Positions 52,037-63,690 of a stretch of 64,000 bases of DNA are shown piece after piece. Origin of the DNA: Takakia lepidozioides (Eukaryota; Plantae; Bryophyta); NCBI GenBank assembly GCA_030704615.1, contig CM060733.1, positions 20,274,001 to 20,338,000 of the forward strand, read 5' to 3'. Position 1 is the stretch's first letter. Every line of letters starts with the position of its first letter. A program made the translations under genes and the position numbers. The notes beneath the pieces are model-generated. The model had not been told where the DNA came from, searched no databases, and saw nothing but the letters and a program-made list of their open reading frames with translations.

Positions 52037-52909
52037 TCAAAAAAGCCCAAGAATTTCCGCCCTGAGCGGCTCGAAAATGCCATGGATAGCTGGTGTAGGC
52101 ATATCCGCCAAGTCTTCTTCCTCATCCAGCATCTCCATCTGTGTGGCTCGTACGTCCTCCTCATGAAGCATTTGTGCCACTCTCGATGAAAAAGTCATGC
52201 CTGATGCTACATGAATAGGGTTGGCCACCTCACTCACTGCAGGAAAGGCCACCTCACTCAGAGTAGGCAGCCCCATATGTATGCCCTGCTCCATGTCATC
52301 ATCACTGTGATGCCCCTCATCATCAGGTCCCAAGAAGCCATCCACAGAATACCTCTTCCCCTCCCAATACAATGCATGTAGAGTGTGGAGCAACTGAACC
52401 TGTCCAAGAGACACAGAAATATCCATGGCATCACCGCCTAGTGTCGTCTCGACCGCATAGGACAGCCCCGGCGTAGTCATGAACACCGCTTCATTCTCCT
52501 GAATCACCAGGACACGTATGGCATGCGTGAAGTTCAAATAGCCAGGAAAGTCTAAGAAAGCCCCCTGTGGATCAGGATGCAAAACCTCTCGAGGCTGGTA
52601 ATCCAACCTCCGGGTACCATACCAAGGTAAGAAACGATGAGGGTGCCGCGGGCCGGATGTCCCTAGCAAAATGACTGCCACCTTCAAGGCATCATCATAC
52701 CGTAGGACAAGTCCAATGTGCCTGTGAATGGTCCGGACGTTACGGCGAGTGGGATCAAGGTTGGTAATATGCCATTCGGGCCTGACAGGCGAAGGACCGT
52801 TTAAACAACCCGGATATACAAGTCCAACCATGTAGAGCTTGTGCACCTGTAGAGCCTGGATTGCAGGCATCACTTGTAACAGAAATCCAAGCTGCTCCAA
52901 AGTAATTTC
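52037..52909 (-). CDS. Orphan ~290-codon ORF (terminal exon), unknown function
   Basis: Long stop-free frame preceded by the acceptor-like CTGCAG. Acidic C-terminal part. No recognisable motif. Confidence 0.45.
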   Translation of the reverse strand, partial: EITLEQLGFLLQVMPAIQALQVHKLYMVGLVYPGCLNGPSPVRPEWHITNLDPTRRNVRTIHRHIGLVLRYDDALKVAVILLGTSGPRHPHRFLPWYGTRRLDYQPREVLHPDPQGAFLDFPGYLNFTHAIRVLVIQENEAVFMTTPGLSYAVETTLGGDAMDISVSLGQVQLLHTLHALYWEGKRYSVDGFLGPDDEGHHSDDDMEQGIHMGLPTLSEVAFPAVSEVANPIHVASGMTFSSRVAQMLHEEDVRATQMEMLDEEEDLADMPTPAIHGIFEPLRAEILGLF

Positions 52910-53846
52910 CTGCAGAATTCACCATTGCTTCCAGGTTAAGAAAAATTATTCCACATTAGCTTAATGTCAAATGAGCCAGAGCACTATTCCCTCCATTACC
53001 AGCCGAAAAATCAAACAAGTCTTCTCACCCCAGCCATACCAGCAACCCCAACACTTAACCATATTCACTCGGGATTCACGAAGAAATAGGAATACCAAGA
53101 ACGCATGCAAACCCTAAACCCTAGAAGCTAGGCAAACGATGCGGGAGAACGCAAACCCTTAGAAGTCGCCATCACCTGGAAGCCGCAGTCAACCAACGGG
53201 GAGAACCGGCAGCTAGTTACATGCTAGCCGACTGATTCCGAGGATTTCCGAGTGAAAATTGAAACCTTCGGAAATTTACCGAGTATGTTCACATAGGAAA
53301 TTGACTATTGCAGTTACCATTAAGGGGAAGCAACCGACTCCCCAACCCACTTAGCCGGTTGGTTCTCAAAATGAGGGGCCATTGGCTGGTTCAACTGAAA
53401 TTATATCCCGGACGCTGGCCGCAGTCTTCGTTGCCAATTACGCCGTAGTCGTCGATCGCTGCGGCTAATTCAATGCACCTCAATGCTCATAAAAATCATT
53501 CAAACTAATAAGCCACCAAAACGCACAACTCCAGTTTGTAGTAATGCGATCCCCTACATCGATCGTGTGCCTTCCTTACACGCGGATGCTTGTGCGAATC
53601 AGTGTAACATTCCGTGCAGTGTCTGTGACGTAGCGAGCCGCGCGATGTCGGGAGAGTCGGGCCTTGTCGCACTAATCACCTCACCCGATACCGGGCCCGT
53701 ATGGGTGTCCACCAATACCGTACTTACCTAGCTTATTAGGCAATAATTAATTCAAATTCAAGTGCCTGACTAAATTTAGAACATTTTTGAAAAATGTGCC
53801 TAAAACTTGGAAAATTTTCCTGAGAAGTGCCTAATTGCTCGAATTC

Positions 53847-54910
53847 TTTTTTTTTAATTAATAAATAAAGAGGGACAGAGGCCTCAAAAGCTTTATAAAA
53901 AAGGGGGATGTAAATTATCCCAAGAGCACAAAATTTGGAAGTTTTAGCAAGGAAAAAATAACCTTGCGGGGAAGCCATAAGACCAACAGATGAGACACTG
54001 CTCAACACCAAAAAACCATGAGAGAATTCTAACTGCAGCAGAGGCTTGATGTTAGTCTAACTGCAGCTGAAGATGCACTTGAAGTTCTTCACTTCCCTTT
54101 GCAGGGGCTCAAAGAAGAGATGAACCCGAGACTTGGTCTTTCTTAAACTGTGCTTATGGCGCCAATTGACTTCATTGTCATCACAATCCGCTGGGGAGCA
54201 TCTAGCACTAATGGAGCTCTCATCCTGCAAGGGAGGGAGTTGTTCCACGTAACCCGAAGCTCTGCAACTCTGGAACAGAAGATGCCTCATTTTCCCCAAG
54301 TTGCGTCAAAGCCAGCAAGTGACTGTTGCCTTCGTTCCTCCGACCACCTATTGAAAGCTGCACACAGAACCTCTCATGCTTTCCGAGCTTCAGACTGTAA
54401 GTCTGAGTGAGCTCTAAACAAAATAACTCTAGCACAGGGCAACACATAAAGGGAAGAACAATGGGTTTTCCAGATCTGCCACAGGGTATGAGCACGCAAA
54501 GCGGACCAAATAGGGCAGTCAGACCAGAGTCTTCCATCATGAAAATTCAAAGAATGAGGGGTTGAGTCGTAGGAAAATCATTCCCCCAGTTCCTATAGAA
54601 CCGAGCAACTTTCTGCCAAATGCTAACTACAAAGGGGCACGAGTAGAATATATGCTCCATGGTTTCCTGGACTGGGGCAGAACAAAACTGACAAGTAGAA
54701 ACAGAACCCGAGGAAAAATGAGTGACAGGCAGGATTTTGTTCACTATTCTCCATAAAAAACCAGAGATCTTTCAAAAATTGCAAGAATTTTTTCTCTTGC
54801 AAGCATTTGGATTAACAAGGGGGATGTGGCCATCGTGGCAAAGCATAAGGAGATGGAGCTGGTTCTTACTAAGATACAGGAGGTCTTCGTGGCTCATCTC
54901 CCACAGCTGC
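53847..54910 (-). mobile_element. L1-type LINE 3' fragment (zf-RVT, 3'UTR, poly-A)
   Basis: KISGFLWRIVNKILPV...CQFCSAPVQETMEHIFYSCP. T-run at 53847-53856 is the minus-strand poly-A. Confidence 0.75.
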
Positions 54911-54919
54911 AACTAACTA

Positions 54920-55272
54920 CCAATACGGCGGTGTATTTTGGATCGAGTGGACTAAGACCTGAATTACAAAAGAAAGTGGATATGCTATATAGTGGAAGAG
55001 GCATTCGAAACAGCCAACAGAATTGAGCAATTGGGAATGCTCAGGAGAGATAAAAGGGATGATGAGGACTCTCAAGATGAGTCAGATGAGGAAAAAGAGC
55101 AAGAGCTCAAGAGGAAGAGCAAGAAGAAGGAAAAGTTGAAGAGGGACAACTATGAGAAAAGACTGGAAGAAATCTTGAAAAAATATGCCACAGAGGCTGC
55201 AACACATTGGAGGAAGGTGTTTGGTGTGCAAAATGCCAGAATGAAGGCCATACCACAGCTGAATGCCACATG
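54920..55272 (+). mobile_element. LTR-retrotransposon gag fragment
   Basis: GLRPELQKKV, EAFETANRIE and the knuckle WCAKCQNEGHTTAECH. Confidence 0.65.
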
Positions 55273-55274
55273 AA

Positions 55275-58060
55275 GCTCGCGGTGGTACTGCCGTGCTCAT
55301 CTCTCCTTCTTTAGCACCATCCTTTAGCAATGTGGAAATTTGGGCTCAAGGTAAAGCGCAATGTGCATTCACCAAGGCCTCTTCTATTTTCGGTATATGT
55401 GGATTTATTAACATCTACGCTCCGAACCAAGGCCTTTGAGAGAGCGGTGTTTTGGAACGACATTAGGATCAAGATCTTGGATCATCCGCTGATTGCTCAT
55501 TGGGTCATGGTGGGGGATTAAAATATGGTTGAATTAGCTGTTGACCGCTTTGGGGATGCGGCAGCCAGCTTGTCTATGGATGAGCAAAATGCTTGGGATA
55601 GCTTGTGTTTCATTGTCGGCTTCATAGATGCCTCCTTGCCTGAACGTAATAGCTTGAGATTCTCGTGGTCTAATAACAGGCAGCCTCCAGACCTCTGTAT
55701 GGCCAGATTAGATAGAGTCTACTGCATGCCAATTGCTATTACCTGGTCATCTCCCCATCCGCTGGGACCAATTTTACCAGATTCGATCATGCCCAAGTTG
55801 AGATAACTTTCAGTGCTCCAAGCACCCTCATCAAGGGTCGTAGCTTTTTTAAGCTCAACCCCATGCTGCTTAAGTCTAAAGAGGTTGTAAGGCAACTTGG
55901 TAGCTCTTGGAAGGAGGCAGGAAATGGGTACTCCTCGCCTACCTTAAGGTTCTTAGCTAAGCTCCACGAAACCAGGATGATGGCTCAGAAATTATCTAGA
56001 GTTGTTGCCATTGAAAGAGCTCGTAAGGAAAAAGCTCTTCTTAAGTGTCTGGCACAATGTCAGAGTAGGATTGAATGTGGGGCAGTTGGGCCCCAAACCT
56101 TCTCTTCTTACAACATGGCAAAAAACAATTTGGCAGAGCTTCTGCATGGTAGAGAGGAGTTCCTTAGACGGAAAGCAGGTGTCAATTGGTCTCTTAAAAG
56201 GGAAAAAATGACAACATACTTTTTCCAAAAAGGCAAGCAAAGGCAGGCTTCAACTTCAATTGCCTCCTTAAGGGGCTCCTCTCCAAAAGAAATGGCTGAG
56301 GTGGCCTCTATTTATTTCTCTAACCTATTCAAGCAAAGGGTCTATCAGCCATCCTTTTTGGCCAGTCATGCTAAAGTGCTGGCTGCTATCCCTTCTATCA
56401 TTTCTTCTGCAGAGCAGGCAAAGCTTTCTGAGCCCTTCTCAGCCATGGAGTTCCTCCAGGCCATTGAAAGTTTGAGTCCTCTTAACCCTTAAGTGCCCAA
56501 GCGACTCATTCTGGGTCGGTTGGGTTTGCTTAACCAGCCATAACTTCCTGTGGTTAAGGCTGATTGGGCTTTTTTTGGGCTCAATCGATAGAAAATCGGG
56601 TCCCCCTTCATACGGCATTGGCCGTTTGGTCAATGCCTGAAGGGGTATGGGTCTGGACCAATTGGAAGGGGGCACACTCAGCTTTTTGAGGCCAATTTGG
56701 CCCCCCTAACCTGCCCAAGTTGCTGACATGGCAACTGCGGTCAGGTTAGGGTGACTGAAAGATACCCCATAAAGGTTAGGGCGGCACGCTCCCCCAAACC
56801 CCTTGATTGCCCGGCAGGGGCATGGCGCCCGGCGCAGGTCTGGGCATTCCCAGGCCTGGGCCCTAGCCTGAATCGACGGCGATGGCAGCTCCGGCCAACG
56901 CCATGTAAGGCGGGCTGGAGGGAGTGCAGCCGCGATGGCGGCAAAGCTCAGGGCTCGAGAAAAATGCCACGAGGGGTGGGCCAAACCTTGGGCGGGGGTT
57001 TGAGAAGGTTGAGGGTGGAGTGGCCTCCCATGAGGGAGCTCCCAAACCCCGTGCCCTTCTGGGCTATGGCTCCAAATATCCTAGGCCTGCAGGCTATAAC
57101 ATAGGTGTGCCATTTTGAAGTCTTGGGCAGGGAGCCTAAAGATGTGAGGGCAATTACCGATTGGTCCCAAACTTTTTTGGGGATCTCATATGGATGTTCA
57201 TGACACTTCAAACGGAGGGATTAGGAATTGAACGGCTGAATTTGTTTGTATAATTTTAGGAAGAGATAATTTGGCCTGCCCAAAGAAAATGGCATATTTT
57301 GACCCCCCAATTTGTCACTACAAAGGAGCCCACTTGAGAACATTTCAGAAAAAACTGAAAAAATATGAGGATGTGTGTTATCAGGTATGGTACAACAGTC
57401 TTGAGACTCTCAAAAAAAGAGAAATTAAAACTGCCCAAATACTAGCAAAAACTGCTTTTTTTGGCACCTATTTCTTAGTGGAGTTTTTTTCGTCCCCACT
57501 CTACACTTTATAATCTTCTGATCTGGCAGTTGGAATTTGATGAAACGTTTTGTGGCAGGAGGTGGGGTAGGTGGGAAGTAATTCCAATGGTCAGTTTTAC
57601 AGGGACATAGAGATTTTCCAGATAAAAATGTTTTTGTGGGCCATGGTCATGTTTTTCCACTAGAGGGTGAAAATGAGTCTGGGCACTTGAGGGTTAAAGC
57701 CCCAGGTCTGGATGGAATTCCGATTGAGTTCTTTAAAATCCTTTGGCAGGAAGTAGGTGGGGATTTCTTGGCCATGGCCAATGATGTCATCCTCAAAGGG
57801 ATCATTCCCTCTCAAATATCGCAAGGGTTGATAACTCTTATCTATAACAAAGGGGATAGGGGATTAATTTCTAATTACAGACCAATAACCTTTCTCTCCT
57901 CGGTTTACAAAATAATTGCCAAGGCATTAGTAGCCATGAGGCTACAGCCCTTGCTTCCGAAGATTATTCGCCCAGAGCAGTCTGGCTTCATTAAAAACCG
58001 CTCGATCCTTGATAATATATTGCTAGCCAACAACGACGCAATGGCGTGAGCGCGCGAGCG
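55275..58060 (+). mobile_element. Degenerate L1-type LINE ORF2 (APE endonuclease plus N-terminal RT), interrupted and 3'-truncated
   Basis: GGTAVLIS, NIYAPN, WVMVGD*NMVE, FSWSN, ARLDRVY. KAPGLDGIPIEFFK, SNYRPITFL, EQSGFIKNRSILDNILLA. Confidence 0.88.
56486..57693. mobile_element. piggyBac-like non-autonomous DNA transposon (TTAA TSD, CCCT termini)
   Basis: TTAA at 56482-56485 and 57694-57697. TIRs CCCTTAAGTGCCCA and (reverse complement) CCCTCAAGTGCCCA, then shared GACTCATT. Removal restores LINE codons CCT CTT AAA GCC (PL-KAPG). Confidence 0.85.
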
Positions 58061-58190
58061 TACGCTCACGCCAGCTGACGTGGCATGAGCCTGCACCCAC
58101 GCTGACGTGGCGTGAGCGTCATGTCAGCATGCTGATGTGGCGGCAAATGATGACATGACACTGTCCGTCATCTGCCACGTCAGCATTAAC
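58040..58190. repeat. GCTGACGTGGC / GGCGTGAGCG repeat cluster, probable MULE subterminal region
   Basis: Three direct copies and one inverted copy of GCTGA(C/T)GTGGC. Hairpin GGCGTGAGCG...CGCTCACGCC. Confidence 0.55.
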
Positions 58191-58632
58191 ATGCGTCGCC
58201 TATAACTGAGGATGGTCCTATGACCGTGGAATTAATGTAGGGAATCTTGCCTAAATAGAATCAAGACTACCATGAGGCCTACAATTGTAGCATCCAACAT
58301 TGTGCAATTACAAATGCTTGTTTCACTTTTACAATTACGAGGACGAGAAAATATCCTCACAAAGTGTGCGCCATAAAGGCTGCCACGGGAAGACCTTCCT
58401 CCCTCCTCAAATAACAATGAGAGTTAGGATCATCTTCAAAAGATGATTGTAGTGCATAGCGACAGCAAGACATGTAGACTTCGAACGGTGCAATGACAAA
58501 TGTGCTTTTAAAAGTTGCCACTTAGAGCTTACTCCGTATAGTTGGAGGCCATATCATTGCACCGCCGACGAATTGATGTGAATTACACATTTCAAATCAT
58601 GGTCGTCCACATACCACATTGCATAGTTGATG

Positions 58633-61600
58633 CTACCCATGTGTTGTATCCCGCTGCAATAGAGTATCGACCTCGTTGAAACTCATAGTGGTCTGGTGAA
58701 TGAAGTTGTCACGTTTGGGATCGCAAACCATCATCTTAAAAAATATGAAATACAAATGTTTGCAGGGTATGAATTTACCTCTCTTGCCCAAACTGGTTGA
58801 TAGCATATTCACAAAATCAAGACATGTGCAATTGGGGAAATTGGAAACCGTGATGTCGTAGGTCCTGTCATAAACAGCAGATGTGGAAGTGATGATTGTG
58901 AATACCCGACCATATCATGGATCGGGTACTTCCGTGGTGCTTCCAACACAAGCTTGGAGCATTCTTGCGGACTCCACTTTGCCAAAGTGTTCAGCGGTTG
59001 GAGGGAAACGCCGTACGAGCTTTCCATCTCGTTTGGTTGGCCACAAGTCAGGATTTGCCGGGGGGACCCGGGAGGACGCAGAAGTAGTAGCACATGCATG
59101 GAGTTGGGGTTGTCTCGCAAGGGAAAAACCTGCCTCCTCCAGCATTTCAATCTCCTGAAAGCTGAGATGTGTTCCCACCTTCACGGGCCAAACGGTTGGA
59201 GGAGATGGCTTCATCACTACGGAAGGACGCACAGTTCCATGCACACATCTGGCACAATCATCTGCGCAAAACCAGAACTTGTGGTTCTTGGCTTCTGGTT
59301 GACCGTATGGACGCATCAAACCCGTGAAAGTCGGAGCAGGAGTTTGGGCACCACCTCTGGATATAGATGAAGTGCACTTCTTGAAATTAGTTGCCCTGAT
59401 CGCTGTACATTTCACACGAGACCCTACACTTGTGCGTTCTATGTGCCAAACGTGGTCGAGGCATGCGGACTCAAGCACATCAAGGGGGTTGTTTCTCTCC
59501 TGCACCATTTCAGTGGCACTGTTTGATGCTGGAGCTTGCCGTCGTGTTAGAGGTTCCTCCACAATGGAGGTTCCGGACATGGAGCTGTCATGCAGGGGAA
59601 CACGAGGCTTCGAGAAGTTATCACGGTCTGCCCTATGCGAATCGGAATCCGAACCAGGTGGAGTGTTCAATTTCCTCTTACAGGAGCCGAATCTCTCCTC
59701 CCCTTCAAGATGTGGAACTGTAGAAACAAGTGGCGTTCCCTGGGCATACATGCTCACCGCCCGTGCTATCTTGATTGGATCCCCAGATCTGTTTGCAGCA
59801 CGCAACATCAACTCCCATTTGTCCGGACCCTTGCCACCAACCCCACCTTGTAAGAAATCACGGTATCGGGTTTGTTGTTGCAAGGCACGTATCAAATCAT
59901 CTGTTGTTGCCACATACAAATCCCGACCTCGTTTCCCAGATTGCTGCAACCATGTGTTGTGCACAGTTTCTGCCAAATTGCAAGATGGCATGTTCGCCAT
60001 TTCCTCAATGGACATGTTCTGCAAAGTGCAGAACCACACTTCAAAATAGTGAACAGAAAACAACATAAAGAAAGCGATGACACAATAAAATGGAAAGTAA
60101 ATGTATGAATAAAGCAAGAAATATAAGCCTCGTACCACTGGCATGGCTGCTCCCCACTGTCTATACCGGAAGTGCCAAAATGCCAGCCAAGCTTCCAATG
60201 CTCTCATACTCTCAAGTGATGCAGCTCCAGAAGAGAACCACCAGGCACGAATTGTCTGGAACAAAGTATCCGCCTCCTTCATTGTTCTAGCATCTTTGTA
60301 CTATTTGCACAATTTACGGTGCTAAGTCTGCATCTCTGGTTTGATGTCCGACTTTGTATGTTTTTCCAGAAATTGTGTCCAATGGAATAGACATGTATGC
60401 TCTCTTCCTCGCATTGGCACTTTTGGGTCGCCCGATCCGAAGACAATACAAACAGCATTGAAATTTGCTTGAGCACTATCCGCCATGAAACCTGTGAAAT
60501 TTGGAGATGGCAGCCCATGACACGTATCAGGGAATTCCACATGAGCTTCTGGGATTCTGTATCTTCGGATTGCATGTCACAAACTGCAATTGTCATAACT
60601 CGTTGGTACACTGGATCGTAGACATGACAAGCCATTGTCGTCCAATCCTTCACTCGTTTCGCATGATCAAACATAAGAAAACAGTTCTGCAAGTCCCCAT
60701 TCTTCTGCATCCGCTTCACGAGGCTAACCCCACTGCCCTCCCCAACAGTCGACATTTTGAAAAGAAAAACTTTGATGGCACCTCGACCTGGGAATACATT
60801 GTCCTGGATGTAATCGTACTTGCTCACTCGTTTCAACTCCAAAATGTTGTCTATGTAGCCTCTGATACCAGAGCCCATTCTTAATGCATTGATCTGATGT
60901 CGAATGTTAGGTGAACTCAAAGTGGAGAAATGATCCATGACCAGGTCCAATGCTGCACCGTCAAGTTTAGTCCCCACAGAATCCCCTTCACTCAAAATAT
61001 GGTTTTCCAAGAAGGACTTGTTTGCGCCAAGAGCAATTGCAGATGTTGTTGCGGATGGGTTTCTCCCGAACTCCTGTTTAATCAACCTTGATACTGTCTC
61101 AACACTCTCCCTGTAATCCCCCTTCGAGATAGGATGGTTATGGAATCCGAAATGCACACAAGCTCTTGTCATTGTTTTCAAACGGTGGACAACATAGTAC
61201 ATTCTTGCTCCGCAGAGCGCCAAGCAGGATGACACAAGTTTGCAGAATTTGCAGACGAAAGTGTTTGCCAGTGGTGGGGCAGTCCCAGGCTGAAATGGAT
61301 TTTCCGCCAGACCCTCCCATTCGCTTTGATTATGAACCCCAGACTGAAGAAAGTGTCTGCAATTCAAATTATCACACCTAAGGTGTCCTTTGCAAACTGT
61401 TCTCCTGAAAACAAGCTTGTCATCATTCTGAATATTGGATGTTTTTGTTCTGCACCACGGGTGCCCGTCGTGTTTCTTGTCCATTCCATGCATCATGATT
61501 GTTACACCTCCAACTCGCGGAGGAGGAGGCAGCTCGAATAGGATATCGCCATCAAAAGTCTCTGGCAAGAACTTCACAGGCACCTGCTTCAAAGATTCCC

Positions 61601-62138
61601 AATCAATTCCTCGCAACTCACTTTTGAATCCAACCATTCCTCCCATCGCCCGTAATTTTGGAATGACACTACAAATCTCTTCTTCATCAGCTTCTCCAAC
61701 CACAGTAGGAAGGACTGGATTTGGAATTTCACTTATGTCATCATCGGACGAATCCGAAAGCTCAACGATTGGAGTGGAGGACGTCTGTTTTTTTTTCACC
61801 ACCACCTCTTTCTTGTCTTCAACGACCGAAGCAGCAGTCCCGGGCGTCACATATGACCCAAGGGACTTTCGCCGAGGCTCTCCAAGTACTCTGTATCGAC
61901 CAGGGTGCACTCTCCACTGGCTGATATGAGCCATCTCATCACGGTTTTGGAAAGAGTATTTCAACAACTTCCCTTTCAGATCGTACACCTCTTTCTCCAA
62001 AAAGATAGAGCCATTCTGAAGCTGAAAACGGGTAGCCAAGACATGTTCCAGAACAATTGCAAATCCATTGTCAAGGACTTCCTGGGAGAACGACACTGGT
62101 TTGTCGTCAGAGAAGAACTCCGCTTCAGAGGAAGCTAT
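58633..62138 (-). pseudogene. Mutator (MULE)-type DDE transposase with WRKY/GCM-like N-terminal Zn finger and C-terminal SWIM; disrupted
   Basis: D1 FLMFDHAK, D2 GFMADSAQANFNAV, CxxH TCLFHW, E NLAETVHN. SWIM YDITV..PNCTCLDF...PCKHL. Intron 60135-60019. Frameshift ~60520 and several stops. Probable start ATG>ATA at 62138. Confidence 0.85.
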
Positions 62139-62902
62139 CTTCCTTCCTCGCGTACGTTGATACCTTGCTATCGCAGACCTTCAGTGTAAATCAGTTTACT
62201 GATGTCTCCAGAACACAGTTGAAGAATGAGCAGAGAATATGGCGGAGGAAGCTCAGACGACGACTGTGCATATTCTGTTATTGAAGTGGAAAGGCGGTAC
62301 TGCCAATCAAAGATTTGAAGACCATACTGTAGATTCAGGTAGAGTATCGATTGGAAAGTACTCTCGACATAGACAGGAAACCGTGAATGTTTGCGACGGT
62401 AATCACAATGGAGTCAATCTAAATAATCTGCACTTACTGTCCGCCCTAAACTATACTGAATGTCGTTGCCGCCAATCACTTACACATATATGGCATTACA
62501 CAACACCAATCCGGCAGGTCCTTATATTTTGTGATTGTCGTTTACGCCGTTCGCTATCGCTCTCGCTTTTGTTTTGAATTCGGCAGGATCAGCTTTGCTT
62601 GTGTAGATGGTTTTGAATTTGTTTCACACCATTCATTGTGAGTTTCTTTGAGACAGAATGATGGTCGTTACTGCCGTTCACTATTTGCAAATTACTCAGT
62701 CAGATTTGAATGGCATCGTGCAGAATACTGTGAGGTCCAAGCCTACAGGATCAGAGGGGAAAGGATCTTACGGTCCAACAACTTTGACAGTCAGGTTGGA
62801 GGAGAGTGGGCCATGATGCGAGTTGTGTACAGATGCAATATCATACTGGAAACTCTACTGCACTTTTTGGGAAATAATTTGGCTTCATAAGAATTGTAAT
62901 CA

Positions 62903-63690
62903 TAGATCCAAATTGAATGTTGTTGACGACATTCACTTCTTTGTCTGAGTCATTCTTAAGCGAGAATTTGAATTCACCTGGATTAGGAGCTTAGGGTGTA
63001 ATTATAGTGTCCCTGATTAGAATTGATAATGTCCCTGAATGGCATTGACGACATTCACATCCAGAGTTGTTGAGAGGTCCTCAGAGTTATGTAAGTTTTT
63101 GTAATGTCCATAGAGTTTACAGTGAGGGTTCATCACTTCAGTTTGCTGAATGTCAATGCAGACATTCAGTTGTTCTGCATTGCTTTTGCCTCTTGCGAGA
63201 AATCTTGAGGCTTGATTAGCTGTGTTACCAGAGATCCATAGTGAATGTCGTGGATGACATTCACTTCTATGTCTGTGTCATTCACCAGCGACAATTTGAA
63301 TTTACATGGATTGGGAACTAATTAATTGGTTCCTTGTTCGTAATTTTGTGAATGGCGTTGACGCCATTCACATCCAGTGTTATTATGAGGTCCTCAGTGT
63401 TAAGTTCGTTATGAATGTCCATTGAGTTTTTGGGGAGGGTTCCTTAGTCGAGTTTCTGATTTCCATCCAATGATTTTGCCTCTTTTGAGAAATCATTAGG
63501 CTTGATTAGCAGTGTATTCACAAATCCAAAGTGAATGTCGTTGACGACATTCACTTCTATGTGTGTGTCATTCCAAAGCGAGAGTTTGCATTCACGTGGA
63601 TTAGGGTGTATTTACAGTATCATTGAATGGAATGTTTTGAATGGCGTTGACGACATTCACATCCGGAGCTGTCGTGTGGTCCTGAAAGGT
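62903..63690. repeat. ~300-bp higher-order tandem repeat (2 full copies plus 1 partial) containing seven ~24-bp palindromes
   Basis: Units start ~62903, 63232, 63522. Palindromes GTGAATG(T/G)CGTTGACG(A/C)CATTCAC-like at 62914, 63036, 63146, 63241, 63348, 63531, 63638. Confidence 0.88.

Noticed and set aside
56706-57118. Transposase ORF within the piggyBac-like element
   Set aside because: Only short GC-rich frames without DDD motifs are present.
58020-58072. Helitron 3' end (hairpin plus CTAG) on the minus strand
   Set aside because: The CTAG lies within LINE codons (LLA) and is not followed by T. The adjacent transposase is MULE-type.
59324-60049. 241-aa plus-strand ORF
   Set aside because: It is the antisense shadow of the MULE transposase.
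62903-63690. CRISPR array
   Set aside because: The spacers are long (~85 bp) and are themselves repeated in 300-bp units. There are no cas genes and the context is eukaryotic.
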